DNA from: Takakia lepidozioides
Taxonomy: Eukaryota; Plantae; Bryophyta
DNA length: 64,000 nucleotides
Direction of reading: 5' to 3'
Assembly (NCBI GenBank): GCA_030704615.1
Contig: CM060733.1
Span: forward strand, 45,570,001 to 45,634,000
The notes under the pieces: generated by a model
Database searches by the model: none
What the model was told of the DNA's origin: nothing
The model's input: only the letters and a program-made list of their open reading frames with translations
Position numbers and translations under genes: made by a program
Shown: positions 24,551 through 37,076 of the stretch, piece by piece
Position numbering within the stretch: position 1 is the stretch's first letter
Layout: every line of letters begins with the position of its first letter

Positions 24551-27333
24551 CTATCCCAAGCAGTGTGGACACAACCAATCTCCGTCAGGCACCTTCTCAA
24601 GAGGTGGTGTCAAGCATCCCATATGCCAACCCCTTGAGCACCGATCACACACCAGCATGGTGGCTGCCCCTTTGGCAGACCCACAGAGCATGCACCTCAA
24701 ACCTGCAGGTACCACTGCCAAGTTTGGGTCAACTCTGCCATCGACATTGGGAAGGTGACATGGCGCACAATTACGCACATGGTCTTTCCAAGTCATGCCA
24801 TCCCGACCCTCTAAGATCAGGACCCCTGAGGGCAACACCTCTCGAACCCTCAGAATAACACGCCCTGCAGTAACATCCAGAGTCGTAGGAGCAGTCTGCT
24901 GCAAATAAACATAGTCACCAGGGCTAAACCTCCGAACCCCAGGACGATATCCTCCACCACGTATAGTGGCATACCTCAACGTATCACGGTGCTGTGCAAT
25001 GGCAAGGTTCTCAAAAGCCATGGGCATGACTTTCTTGAACAACTCTGCACGCTGATCACATGCACGTACCCACACGTCCGGATCGTCAAGGTTAAGGACT
25101 TGAGCAGTGTCCCTACGAATGGCTGCAGGCAAATCCGGCTCTCGGCCAAAGAGAAGGAAATATGGTGAGAAGGAGGCAAGTGATGCTTGTTTGCTGAACC
25201 TGTAGCCCATGGCTAACCAAGGAACCTGAAGATCCCAATCTCCTATGTGTCCCTTCTGCAAGCCATACTTGCGCAAACCCCTCTTCACCGTCTGAACAAC
25301 TCTCTCTGCTAAGCCATCGGCCTCAGGATGATCCCGAGAAGTGGTGCGGTGGTCTATCAAGGCTTTATCACACAAAGCCTGAAACTCCCCCAAGAACTCT
25401 CTCCCTTGGTCCGTGAGTACCTCAGCTGGAGCACCAAATCGGCTAAGCACACGATCCAAGAATGCATACGCAGCCCCCTCACTAGCCTTGTCAGGCAATG
25501 GAACCAACTCAATCCACTTGGAGAAGTGCTCCACCATCACCAACACATATCTGTGGTGGCGCATAGTCAGTGGCAACGGTCCTGCGAAGTCAAGACTCCA
25601 CCTGTAGCCCAATCCCATGATAGGTAAAGGATGCAACTGTGGTGTAGGGGCGTTGAATGAAGCACGCACCCTGTCACACACCATGCACCTAGCCACAAAC
25701 TGTTGCACCTCTGTATGCATACCACGCCACCAATACTGCCCCTGCAGTAAACTGTGAGTGCGTCGCACTCCAAAATGCCCCAACTCCTCATGGGCATGCC
25801 GCACTAACCGTGCACGCTGTGTGGGGTGAGGCACAATCCTCACCCGACCATCCTCCCACACTCGAAGTAGGTGTATCCCCTCCCACTTGAACCTCTTGGC
25901 TCGTTGCAGGATCCGATCCCTCTCCCTGGCAGTCACAATGGCTGCCGTGTCTCCCGTGCGGAGGTATCCAACACAGCCGAATCCTCATGTATATCTCTGG
26001 CACCACCTAGCTCATCACTAGCCTCAGGGTCCTCAGACACTCCGTCTACAGTCATCCCTGTTGTAGGTCCAATCTGACCTCCCGATGCCAAGATACACAA
26101 AAATGCAGATGCATGCCATCCCGGCACCATCTCCTCGTCCGTCTCACCATGCCACCGAGCTCCAGTGTCATCCTGCTGGCTCATGCATGGATTGCGACTC
26201 AATCCATCCGCATCCCGATTGACCAAACCCGGTCGATGCACAACCTGAAAGTCATACTCCTGGAGTATAAGTGCCCACCGTGCAAGCTTCCCTGTAAGCT
26301 TGTCTGACTCCATCAACCACTTGAGTGGCTGGTGATCCGTGACAAGGGTGAAAAGATTGCCGTATAGATAGCACCTGAAGTGTGCCACGGCCCACACTGC
26401 AGCTAAGCACTCTCCCTCATATGAGCTGTACTTAGCCTCTGCAGCGTTGTTCGAGCGGCTAGCGTAAACCACTACGAACTCTCTTCCCTCATCATCCACC
26501 TGTGTGAGCACCGCTCCAAGCCCCAGCATGCTCCAATCCGTATGCAGCTGAAAGGACGCCCCCTGATAGGTCGTCTCAAGATAGGCGCCGAGGTCAACCT
26601 CGCCTTGAGCTCTTGAAAAACTCGTTCCTGCTCATCTTCCCACTGCCACTCCTGGTCCACTTGGTCAGCTTGGTTAGAGCCTTTGCAATGGTACTAAATC
26701 CCTGACAAACCGTCTATAATAGTTTGCCAACCCCATGAAAGCTCGAACTCGGCTCACATCCGTGGGGCGTGGAATTTGTGCAATGGCCTCTACCTTAGTC
26801 TGCTGTACCCCAATCCTCCAGGATATATCATGTGACCCAGATACTCAATCTGGTTGTGGAAAAACTTGCACTTCCCCGGATGCAACTTCAATCCGTGCGC
26901 TCTCAAGCGCTCCAATACCACCTGAAGGTGTCTCTCATGCTCCTCCATCGTAACACTAAAGATGATGATGTCATCTATGTAGCACCGAGCAAAGTCCACC
27001 CCTGCTAGAATCCTATCTGACTCTCTGAAACTCTGTGCAGGAGCATTCTTAAGCCCAAATGGTAAGAACCGCCACTGATATAGGCAATCCTTGCCGTGCT
27101 CATTGATCCCCCAGAATGCCGTCTTCTGCTTGTCCGCCTCCTTGATTTGCAACTGGTGATATCCGGATCGTAAATCCAAGTGCTAAAGGCCTTAGCATGC
27201 CCGATGGCATCAAAGATCTCCTCTGGTGTTGGCATGGCATACTTATCGGACTTGGTCTGACGATTTACAGGCCGGTAATCACCGCACATACGTCTCTCCG
27301 TCCAATTGCCATAGACATCCTTCTTGGCTGGCA
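24551..27333 (-). pseudogene. pol: pol (RT-RNaseH-integrase-PHD), frameshifted towards the gap
   Basis: YIDD, RNase H, HHCC and DDE integrase, C4HC3 PHD. Small indels relative to the intact copy at 55948-58923. Confidence 0.93.
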
Positions 27334-27833
27334 NNNNNNNNNNNNNNNNNNNNNNNNNNNNNNNNNNNNNNNNNNNNNNNNNNNNNNNNNNNNNNNNNNN
27401 NNNNNNNNNNNNNNNNNNNNNNNNNNNNNNNNNNNNNNNNNNNNNNNNNNNNNNNNNNNNNNNNNNNNNNNNNNNNNNNNNNNNNNNNNNNNNNNNNNNN
27501 NNNNNNNNNNNNNNNNNNNNNNNNNNNNNNNNNNNNNNNNNNNNNNNNNNNNNNNNNNNNNNNNNNNNNNNNNNNNNNNNNNNNNNNNNNNNNNNNNNNN
27601 NNNNNNNNNNNNNNNNNNNNNNNNNNNNNNNNNNNNNNNNNNNNNNNNNNNNNNNNNNNNNNNNNNNNNNNNNNNNNNNNNNNNNNNNNNNNNNNNNNNN
27701 NNNNNNNNNNNNNNNNNNNNNNNNNNNNNNNNNNNNNNNNNNNNNNNNNNNNNNNNNNNNNNNNNNNNNNNNNNNNNNNNNNNNNNNNNNNNNNNNNNNN
27801 NNNNNNNNNNNNNNNNNNNNNNNNNNNNNNNNN
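27334..27833. other. Assembly gap (500 N)
   Basis: Run of N. Confidence 1.
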
Positions 27834-30491
27834 ACCACCTCTGGATATAGATGAAGTGCACTTCTCGGAAATTAGTTGCCCTGATCGTGTACATTCACAC
27901 GAGACCCGACACTTGTGCGTTCTATGTGCCAAACGTGGTCGGGGCATGCGGACTCAAGCACATCAAGGGGTTGTTCTCTCCTGCCACCATTTTCAGTGGC
28001 ACGGTTGATGCTGAGCTTGCCGTCGTGTTGGAGGTTCCTCCACAATGGGGTCCGGACATGGAGCTGTCATGCAGGGAACACGGGCTTCGAGAAGTTATCA
28101 CGGTCTGCCCTGTGGGAATCTGAATCCGAACCAGGTGAGTGTTCAATTTCCTCTTACAGGAGCCGAATCTCTCCTCCCTTCAAGATGTGGAACTCTAGAA
28201 CAAGTGGCGTTCCCTGGGCATACATGCTCACCGCCCGTGCTATCTTGATTGGATCCCCAGAAGTTTGCAGCACGCAACATCAACTCCCATTTGTCCGGAC
28301 TTGCCACCAACCCCACCTCGTAAGAAATCACGGTATCGGGTTGTTGTTGCAAGGCACGTATCAAATCATCTGTTGTTGCCACATACAAATCCCGACCTCT
28401 TTTCCCAGACTGCTGCAACCATGCATTGTGCACAGTTTCTGCCAATTGCAAGATGGCATGTCCGCCATTTCCTCAATGGACAGTTCTGCAAAGAGGATAA
28501 CACACTTCAGAAACAGTGCACAGGAAACAACATAAAGAAAGCAATGAGTCAAAAATATGGAAAGCAAATGTATGAATAAAGCATGAAATAGAAGCCTCGT
28601 ACCATTGTAATGGCTGCTCCCCACTGTCTATACCGGAAGTGCCAAAACGCCAGCCAATCTTCCAATGCTCTCATACTCTCAAGTGATGCAGCTCCAGAAG
28701 AGAACCACCAGGCACGAATTGTCTGGAACAAAGTGTCCGCCTCCTTCATTGTTCTAGCATCTTTGTTACTCTTTGCACAATTTACGGTGCTGAGTCTGCA
28801 TCTCTGGTTTGATGTCCGACTTTGTATGTTTTTCCAGAGATTGTGTCCAAGGGAATAGACATGTACGCTCTCTTCCTGGCATAGGCACTTTTGGGTCGCC
28901 CGATCCGAAGACAATACGAACAGCATTGAAATTTGCTTGAGCACTATCCGCCATGAAACTGCGAAATTTGGAGATGGCAGCCCATGGCAGCCATGACACG
29001 TATCAGGGAATTCCACATGAGCTTCTGGGATTCCGTATCCTCGGATTGCATGTCACAAACTGAATTGTCATAACTCGTTGGTACACTGGATCGTAGACAT
29101 GACAAGCCATTGTCGTCCAATCCTTCACTCGTTTCACATGATCAAACATAAGAAAACAGTTCTGCAAGTCCCCAGTCTTCTGCATCCGCTTCACGAGGCT
29201 AACCCCACTGCCCTCCCCAACAGTCGACATTTGAAAGAAAAACTTTGATGGCACCTTGACCTGGGAATACATTGTCCTGGATGTAATCGTACTTGCTCAC
29301 TCGTTTCAATTCCAAAATATTGTCTATGTAGCCTCTGATCCCAGAGCCCATTCTCAATGCATTGATCTGATGCCGAATGTTAGGTGAACTTAAAGTGGAG
29401 AAATGATCCATGACCAGGTCCAATGCTGCACCGTCAAGTTTAGTCCCCACAGAATCTCCTTCACTCAAAATATGGCTTTCCAAGAAGGACTTGCTTGCGC
29501 CAAGAGCAATTGCAGATGTTGTTGCGGATGGGTTTCTCCCGAACTCCTGTTTGATCAACCTCGATACTGTCTCAACACTCTCCCTGTAATCCCCTTCGAG
29601 ACAGGATGGTTATGGAATCCAAAATGCACACAAGCTCTCGTCATTGTATTCAAACGGTGGACAACATAGTACATTCTTGCCTCGCAGAGCGCCAAACAGG
29701 ATGGCACAAGTTTGCAGAATTTGCAGACGAAAGTGTTTGCCGGTGGAGGGGTGGAGGGGCAGTCCCAGGTGAAATGGATTTTCCGCCAGACCCTCCCATT
29801 CGCTTTGATTATGAAACCCAGACTGAAAAAAGTGTCTGCAATTCAAATTATCACACCTAAGGTGTCCATTGCAAACTGTCCTCCTGAAAACAAGCTTGTC
29901 ATCATTCTGAATATTGGATGTTTTTGTTCTGCACCACGGGTGCCCGTCGTGTTTCTTGTCCATTCCATGCATCATGATTGTTACACCTCCAAATCGCGGA
30001 GGAGGAGGCAGCTCGAATAGGATATCGCCATCAAAAGTCTCCGGCAAGAACTTCACAGGCACCTGCTTCAAAGATCCCAATCAATTCCCCGCAAACTCAC
30101 TTTTGAATCCAGCCATTCCTCCCATCGCCCGCAATTTTGGAATGACACTACAAATCTCTTCTTCATCAGCTTCTGCAACCACAGTAGGAAGGACTGGATT
30201 TGGAATTTCACTTATGTCATCATCGGAAGAATCCGAAAGCTCAACGATTGGAGTGGAGGACGTCTGTTCTTTTTTCACCACCACCTCCCTCTTGTCTTCA
30301 ACGACCGAAGCAGCAGTCCCGGGCGTCACATTGACCCAAGGGACTTTCGCCGAGGCTCTCCAAGTACTCTGTATCGACCAGGACGCACTCTCCACTGGCT
30401 GATATGAGCCGTCTCATCACGGTTTTGGAAAGAATATTTCACCAACTTCCCTTCAGATCGTAAACCTCTTTCTCCAAAAAGATGGAGCCAT
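27834..30491 (-). pseudogene. MULE/Mutator-like DDE transposase with N-terminal WRKY/GCM1-like zinc finger (frameshifted)
   Basis: CNGHLRCDNLNC..CKFCK..CEARMYYV..CVHFGFHNHP; FLMFDHVKR (D1); FMADSAQANFNAVRIVF (D2); TCLFPW at the CxxH position; WLAFW..RQWG; NLAETVHNAW (E). ATG at 30491; several stops and frameshifts; an intron near 28490-28600. Confidence 0.7.
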
Positions 30492-31360
30492 TCTGCAGCT
30501 GAAAACGGGTAGCCAAGACATGTTCCAGAACAATTGCAAATCCATTGTCAAGGACTTCCTGGGAGAACGGCACTGGTTTGTCGTCTGAGAAGAACTCCGC
30601 TTCAGAGGAAGCCATCTTCCTTCCTCGAGTTTGTACCTTGCTATCGCAGATCTAGTGTAAATCGGTTTACTGCTGTCTCCAGAACACAGTTGAAGAATGA
30701 GCAGAGAATATGGCGGAGGAAGCTCAGATAACGACTGTGCATATTGTTATTCTTTCCAGATATGCAGCCCATTTTAATTATTTTCTTGTGGGCCCAGTGG
30801 TCAGAGTATCCCTAGGGGCAGTGTCGGCAACTGTTAAACCGTTAATCAGAACCTCATCAATAAACCCAATAACAAAGCCGACTTCCTGGAAGCATGCCAC
30901 AGGATCTGAGAATGGGATTGCAGATTAAGTAAATGTATCTATATACTACTACCAATGATCATGCGCACCTGGAAAGTTCCAAATGTGAAACGAATGTGGG
31001 GTTTGGCTAACAAGGATGACCGTGTATGATATTCCAAAATTTGTCATCAAACTCTCGTTCATTTATATTTATTTGTTTAAGACTGCGCATCAATTTCTGG
31101 GATTCGCTGTTATTTTTAAATATTGAACCCGTTCTAATAAAGAACACGCCGTTTTTTTTGGGCGGCACACGTCAGACATCCATAACTGAATACGAACAGC
31201 TGTACACCAATTGCTGGCATGTGCACTAATAAGGAAACGACTATGTGTAACGGTCACGCGGGAGGGAATCCGATGCTTCTAGAGACACGCAAGAACGCAG
31301 GCAATCCCGCAAGAAATCGGGAGTCACTGCGTTTTTCTACTTTTCGCGCTTAGAGGGAGA

Positions 31361-34300
31361 GTGGTAGTCAAGCTGGAGAGGGTTCCTTCTAGAATACGAA
31401 AGAGAAGAAAGTCTCTTTATTTTACTTCCCTTAGAGAGAGACGCAGAGCAAGAGAGAAAATGACGAGGCGTCGTTTGTTGGAGAACACAGGGCCAAGGCA
31501 GCAGGTGAACGCGGAGACTGATTCACAAGAGCAGACGGAGACTGAGGCAGCGGCTGCGACACAGTCGGCGATAAGAGTGCGCCAGCCTGTGGAGGCAGAG
31601 ATGATTCGCAGGGACACTGAAGAAGGTGGAAGCACGCGGAACGCCGAACCTGGAGAAGGTCAAGAAACCCTTGCGCAGACAGAAACTCCAGCAGATGTGA
31701 GAGGGAAGAGGAAAGCTGCAGAAGGGGATCAAATTTCAAAACCTAAGAAGGTGCCAGTAAGTTTTATCATATAGTCTGTCTGATTGCCTTTCAAGGAGTC
31801 CTTCCTCTCCCTTCTTTAGCAGGAACTACTGAATCGCGAGCGTCGTTAACGCCATTCGATTCTCCTCATGAGATTTATGTACCTATGTGTTTGAAGAGAG
31901 AGTCTGCACTTACTATTCTCCCTAAACTACACTGAATGTCGTTGCCGCCAATCAGTTGCACATGTATGTCATTACACAACACCGATCCGGCAGGTCGTTA
32001 TCTTTTGTGATTGTCGTTAACGCCGTTCGCTATCGCTCTCGCTTTTGTTTTGAATACGGCAGTCTCAGCTTTGCATGTGTAGATTGTGCTGAATTCTTTC
32101 ACACCATTCATGGTGAGTTTCCTTGATACAGAGTGATGGTCGTTACCGCCATTCACTATTTGCAAATCACTCAGTCAGAACTGAATGGCATCGTGCAGAA
32201 AACTGTGAGGTCGAAGCCTACAGGATCAGAGGGGAAAGGATCTGGAGATGGGGACGAGTCCGCAAAAAGCTCAGAGAATACAGATGAAGCAGATGAATCC
32301 GAAGTGCACTACCTTGACAAGGTGAAAGAACTCATGTCATTCCAGAAGGTAAACTCTCAGGAGGTTATAAGGGACATGCTCGTATCTGGAGGGCGTCTGG
32401 ACATACCTCTGTGCCGGATGATATCAATGCCTGTTGTGCGTCCACCTCTTTCCCATGACATAACAAAATTGGAGAGTGATTTTGTGCATGGATATAGACT
32501 TGGTGCACAAGTTTTTTATGTGTCACTGACGGATATAAATGGGAAAAGCACATTAGTGTCTCCAGAGATCAGTGATAACTGGGATGAGTGCTGGAAAGAT
32601 GCCAATGAGGAGTTCGAGCTGGGCCTCATGATGGGAAAGAACACCCAGCAATTCTGCAACCACATGTTCTACGTCTGGGACGGCAACCACCGATTGCTGG
32701 CATGGATGGGATACATTCAGAAACACCATTCGAAAGACAAAGACAAGCATGTTGCTGTGGAGGCAATGGTTTTGGATCCAGGAAACGACATCGCTAGGCT
32801 TCTTACAGCTATGCACGACGTGAACAAGTAAGTCATCCAGGAGATTTCATTCCCTCTGTAGTGTCTTGTTAATCCTCAAAAAACAGTGTTAAGGAATGCA
32901 ATGTTTCCAATGTTTTTGCAGATCGACAGAGAAATCGCATGTGACAACAAGCTTGGTTCACACACTATTCCGAATTCAGAGGATTGGTCTGATGAAGCTG
33001 GATGATTTTCGGACAGTACTACCACCCAATATCATCAAGAAGTGCGAAACAGGAAGAGCTGCAGGCACTTGGTATTCTTTGACACGAGAGGCGTTTCTGG
33101 AGTACATGTATGCGGTAAGCCCGAGTCTGTAATCTGTTTACTTTTCGAATACATGTTTGTAGTCCCTTCGGAGCTAATCACTACTTGAATGAATGCAGCA
33201 AGAACTGGCAGAGGCAGCTGAGAAGGGAAAATCCGAATATTACCGCACTACACCAGAAGAACTAAGGACATCAAAGGGTGTGGAAGCTGCAATAAAGAAG
33301 GAGTTTGAAATGCGAAGAACCAAATTGATGTCAGCCTTCGGAAAGCAGCTTAGAATAGTAGATCCTGGACTTGGTCCTGAGTTCCTTCAGCAGATCAAAA
33401 CACACTATGACAAGCATGTGCATCCGGAGATGCAGCAGGAGAAATTGCACCGGCTGGCCATATCGATGGTCGACCCACAAACAAAAATAAGGTGGCTGGA
33501 GATATGGAACTCAGATCAAACAGTAAAGGACTTGAATCAGTTCCCAAAGAGCACCATACAGCCTGGCACAAAGGTGGAAGGAATCAGTGATTTGGTGTTT
33601 GATAACTGGCTCCACAAGGCTACATTTTGGAGTCAGGTGTGTATTCGAACATGCTGTTTCTTCTCTTCAAGTATGTGATGTGTATCTTTTTTGCAATTCT
33701 GACAAATATACTATTTGCAGCTCGAAAAGCGCGCCGTCATTGTGCTGGATCAGACTTTGAAGGACCTGAACATTGCGATTGTTTCCCCTCCCCAAATGTC
33801 ATTGGAGGCATACATAAGGAAGTGGAGAGGTCTCACCTGGAGATACTGTTTTTGAGTTCTCCAAAGATGGTAACATTTTACGGTCCAACGACTTTGACAG
33901 TCAGGTTGGAGGAGAGTGGGCCATGATGCGAGTTGTGTACAGGTGCAATGTCATACTTGAAACTCTACTGTTTTTTTGGGAAAAAATGTGGCTTCATATG
34001 GATTGCAATCTTAGATCCAGATTGAATGTCGTTGACGACATTCACTTCTTTGTCTAGTCATTCTTAAGCGAGTATATGAATTCACCTGGTTAGGATCTAA
34101 GGGTGCAATTATATTGTCCCTGATTAGAATTGATAATGTCCTTGAATGGCGTTGACGACATTCACATACGGAGTTGTTGAGAGGTCCTCAGAGTTATTTA
34201 AATTTTTGTAATGTCCATAGAGGTTACAGTGAGGGTTCCTCACTTCATTTTGCTGAATGTCAATGCAGACATTCAGTTGTTCTGCATTGTTTTTGCCTCT

Positions 34301-37076
34301 TGCGATGAATGTGGAGGCTTGATAAGCTCTGTTTTAAGAAATCCAAAGTGAATGTCGTTGACGACATTCACAGCTGTGTCTGTATTATTCAACAACGACA
34401 AATTGAATTTACATGGATTGGGGAGCTAAGTAATTGGTTTCTTTTTTGTATTTTTGTGAATGGCGTTGACGCCATTCACATACAGTGATGTTGTGAGGTC
34501 CTCAGTGATAGGTTCGTTATGAATGTGCATTGAGTTTGCCTGGAGGGTTCCTTACTCAATTTTTTGATTTCCATCCTGTGATTTTGCTTCATTTAAGTAA
34601 TAATTTGGCTTCATTAGTGAATGTCGTTGACGACATTCACTTCTATGTCTGTGTCATTTCTAAACGATAATTTGCATTCACCTGGATTAGGGTGTATTTA
34701 CAGTATCATTGAATGGAATGTTCTGAATGGCGTTGACGACATTCATATCTGGAGCAGTAGTGTGGTCCTGAAAGGTCCTTGGAGCAGTTCTCAGAGCCAT
34801 TTCAATCTATGTTTTATTCTTTCTGTTCTACTTGCATCTTACTCACTGAGCGCTTTTGTGGGTTGGGATTTATCTCCTTTTTTCAGGTACACGAAATATG
34901 TGCTTATGGAAGGAAATCACCTGAGCGGAATTCCCGACTATCTTGACATGTGGTCGGACCCTGCAAACGATCCAACCATGTATACTGCAGGGATATTGAA
35001 GGACTGGAGTCCTTCTCACTTCAGAGACTGTGGGTGGTACCTTGACTGCCCACCTGAGCACACGACCTTTCAAGAACAGCATATGAAATACTTGAACAAT
35101 AACGCTGAGATGCTGGCGCCTTTGACTGACGAAGAGTATCAACGAAACATAGCAACATTGGCTGCCAAGGAGCCTGATGCTCAGGGAACGCCGCAGAAGG
35201 GAAAGAAGGCGGGCCGCAAACCAAAAGACAAGGCTGTTGATGTCATAGCCATCTCACCAGCAAAGCCAAAGGACAAAGACAAGTCCAAAGAGAAGGAAAA
35301 GGACAAGGGGAAGGAGAATGAAAAGGAGATGGAGAGTGGGCAGGACTTTACTGCTGGAAGATATACCCGCACTCTTCAGTGCGTGTTCGATGCCAAGCCA
35401 CACCCTTCCCGTTCTGATTCAGCAGGAGAGATGAAAATTGTTAATGAGGGTTGGCTTTCGATGATGCAGAGTCGAAAGAGAGGATACACTGGGGTGCCAT
35501 CCCCTACCTGGGACAATATAATCTCATTCCTCAATCTGGTGAGAATTCCAGTTTCTTTCCTTTTTCTCTGAAAGTTTCGTTGGCAGTATTTCAGTCTCGT
35601 TCTTTGAAAACAATCTTGCCATCGTTCTTATAAAAAACATGTCTGTTGCAGGTGAGCACAGGTCCCACCTTCGTGTGCGGTGTGCAGAAAACTTATGCGG
35701 CCGACATTGTCATTCTCGACATCCCGGATGGCCAGGCTGTGCCAGAAGTTCTTCCAAAGGGCAAGACGCCAGGCTGGAACAAATTCGAGGACAACTACTG
35801 GAGTTGGGTGTTCGGGTTCTGTAACAATTTCCTCTCTGATGCAGGGACACTTCTGTTTTTCAGTCATGTGACAATGATAGTCGTCGGGCATTGGCATCAT
35901 ACCTCAAGTCTTCAGGGTTTGAAGTTTTGCGCACATGGAATTGTGTGAACAGCCTCTACCTTGTGAAAGGGGGTTTCCCTGGTCAGCTGGTATGCCGTCT
36001 CCCTTCTGCTTGTGCTTTGATCATGAGTTTCAATTTTCTCTGCAGCTCCACTCTAGTAGAATGTTTTATGATCGACACCGATCATCACCGATTCATGATT
36101 TTTTTGTGTCAGAGTTCTGAATAGCCGATGTACACACTTCCACTATAGATTGTGTTTACCACACTAACCTGCTATCTTTGCCAGACGAGGATGTTCGAGG
36201 CGATCTGCCTGCGGAGGATTCGCACATCAAAGACACCATCCTCCATCCGCAGCTTTGAGATTTCTGACCAGGGTTGTTTCGTCAACCCCCCCTATGAGCC
36301 CCATGTCGATGACATTTTGTAGTCCAGTCAGACTCTGAAGAGACCAGATGGCACTCCCTGGAGAGGTGCAAAGGAAAAGTCACCAGCATTCATGCAAATA
36401 CTGCTGAAGTCATGCAGCCACCGCTCTGCACGGGTGGTCGATCTTTCTGTGTCCACAGGTTCGTTTTTTCCCTTCCGAATTGGTTTCCTTTCAACAGTTT
36501 CATCTGCTTAAATCCCCCCTCCAAACTGTTCATGTTCTCCTGTCTGGTGCAGGAGCAACTTACCACGCATGCAAGGCAGGCGGAAGAAGCCTTTTTGGCA
36601 TGGAGGGTGATTCTGACCTCTACAACACCGTGCTCCTCCCCCTTTTGTCTGGCTCCACTTCAGGCACACAGACTGATCGGATTCAAATTCGAAATGATGA
36701 CGATCCCGAAGATAAGCAGGTCGACAACGACTTTTCATGTGAGTAAGTGCTAAACCCTCTTTGGGAGTCATACTCAATTTCTCGATAACATCAAAGTTAC
36801 AGTAATAACTTTTTCAGGCTGTCCTTCAGGAAAGGCAGCGGTGGATCTTCAGGAGATACAGTCATTTCTGGCGAGTCTGTTTTCGACAGCCCCCTTTCCA
36901 ATTTTCTGCTTCCTGTTTATGCCGAAGCAATGGCACTTCACGCGGCCGAGTCCCTATCCCCTGACTTTTTAGTGGCCAGCCGTAGGTGTATCCAGCGTGG
37001 ATCCGGTGTTCTAAAATACTTAGACTTAGATGCAAAGGAAGAGAGGATACATTGTACTGACTCTGAGTCAGACTGA
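31361..37076 (+). pseudogene. ~10-exon gene: NLS + ParB/Srx-like domain + beta-class N4C/N6A DNA methyltransferase-like domain
   Basis: GT-AG exons ~31361-31750, 32199-32827, 32922-33114, 33199-33636, 33721-33942, 34887-35538, 35652-35989, 36185-36457, 36553-~36742, ~36818-37076. FYVWDGNHR at 32679; ADIVILDIPD at 35718; WRGAKEKSPAFMQILLKSCSHRSARVVDLSVSTG|ATYHACKAGGRSLFGMEGD. Lesions: 5-bp deletion ~33853, 1-bp deletion ~35856, TAG at 36320. Confidence 0.8.
34022..34746. repeat. Intronic array of ~7 palindromes GTGAATGTCG-TTGA-CGACATTCAC, ~95-160 bp apart
   Basis: At ~34023, 34143, 34255, 34348, 34456, 34617 and 34724. Degenerate copies in intron 1 (31840-32156) and in copy B (21018-21410). 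Confidence 0.9.

Larger units (their letters stand above)
23585..27333 (-). mobile_element. Ty3/gypsy LTR retrotransposon copy 1 (3' LTR plus RT-RH-INT-PHD), cut by the assembly gap
   Basis: Near-identical to 55225-58736 (offset 31397 in the LTR/integrase part). Polypurine tract AGGGGGGCGAT precedes TGTGTGG at 24290 on the minus strand. Confidence 0.95.

Noticed and set aside
25960-27200. Frameshifts in Ty3 copy 1 as biological inactivation
   Set aside because: Mostly 1-2 nt losses concentrated near the contig end, so they may be consensus errors.
27005-28008. Long ORFs containing X
   Set aside because: They span the N gap.
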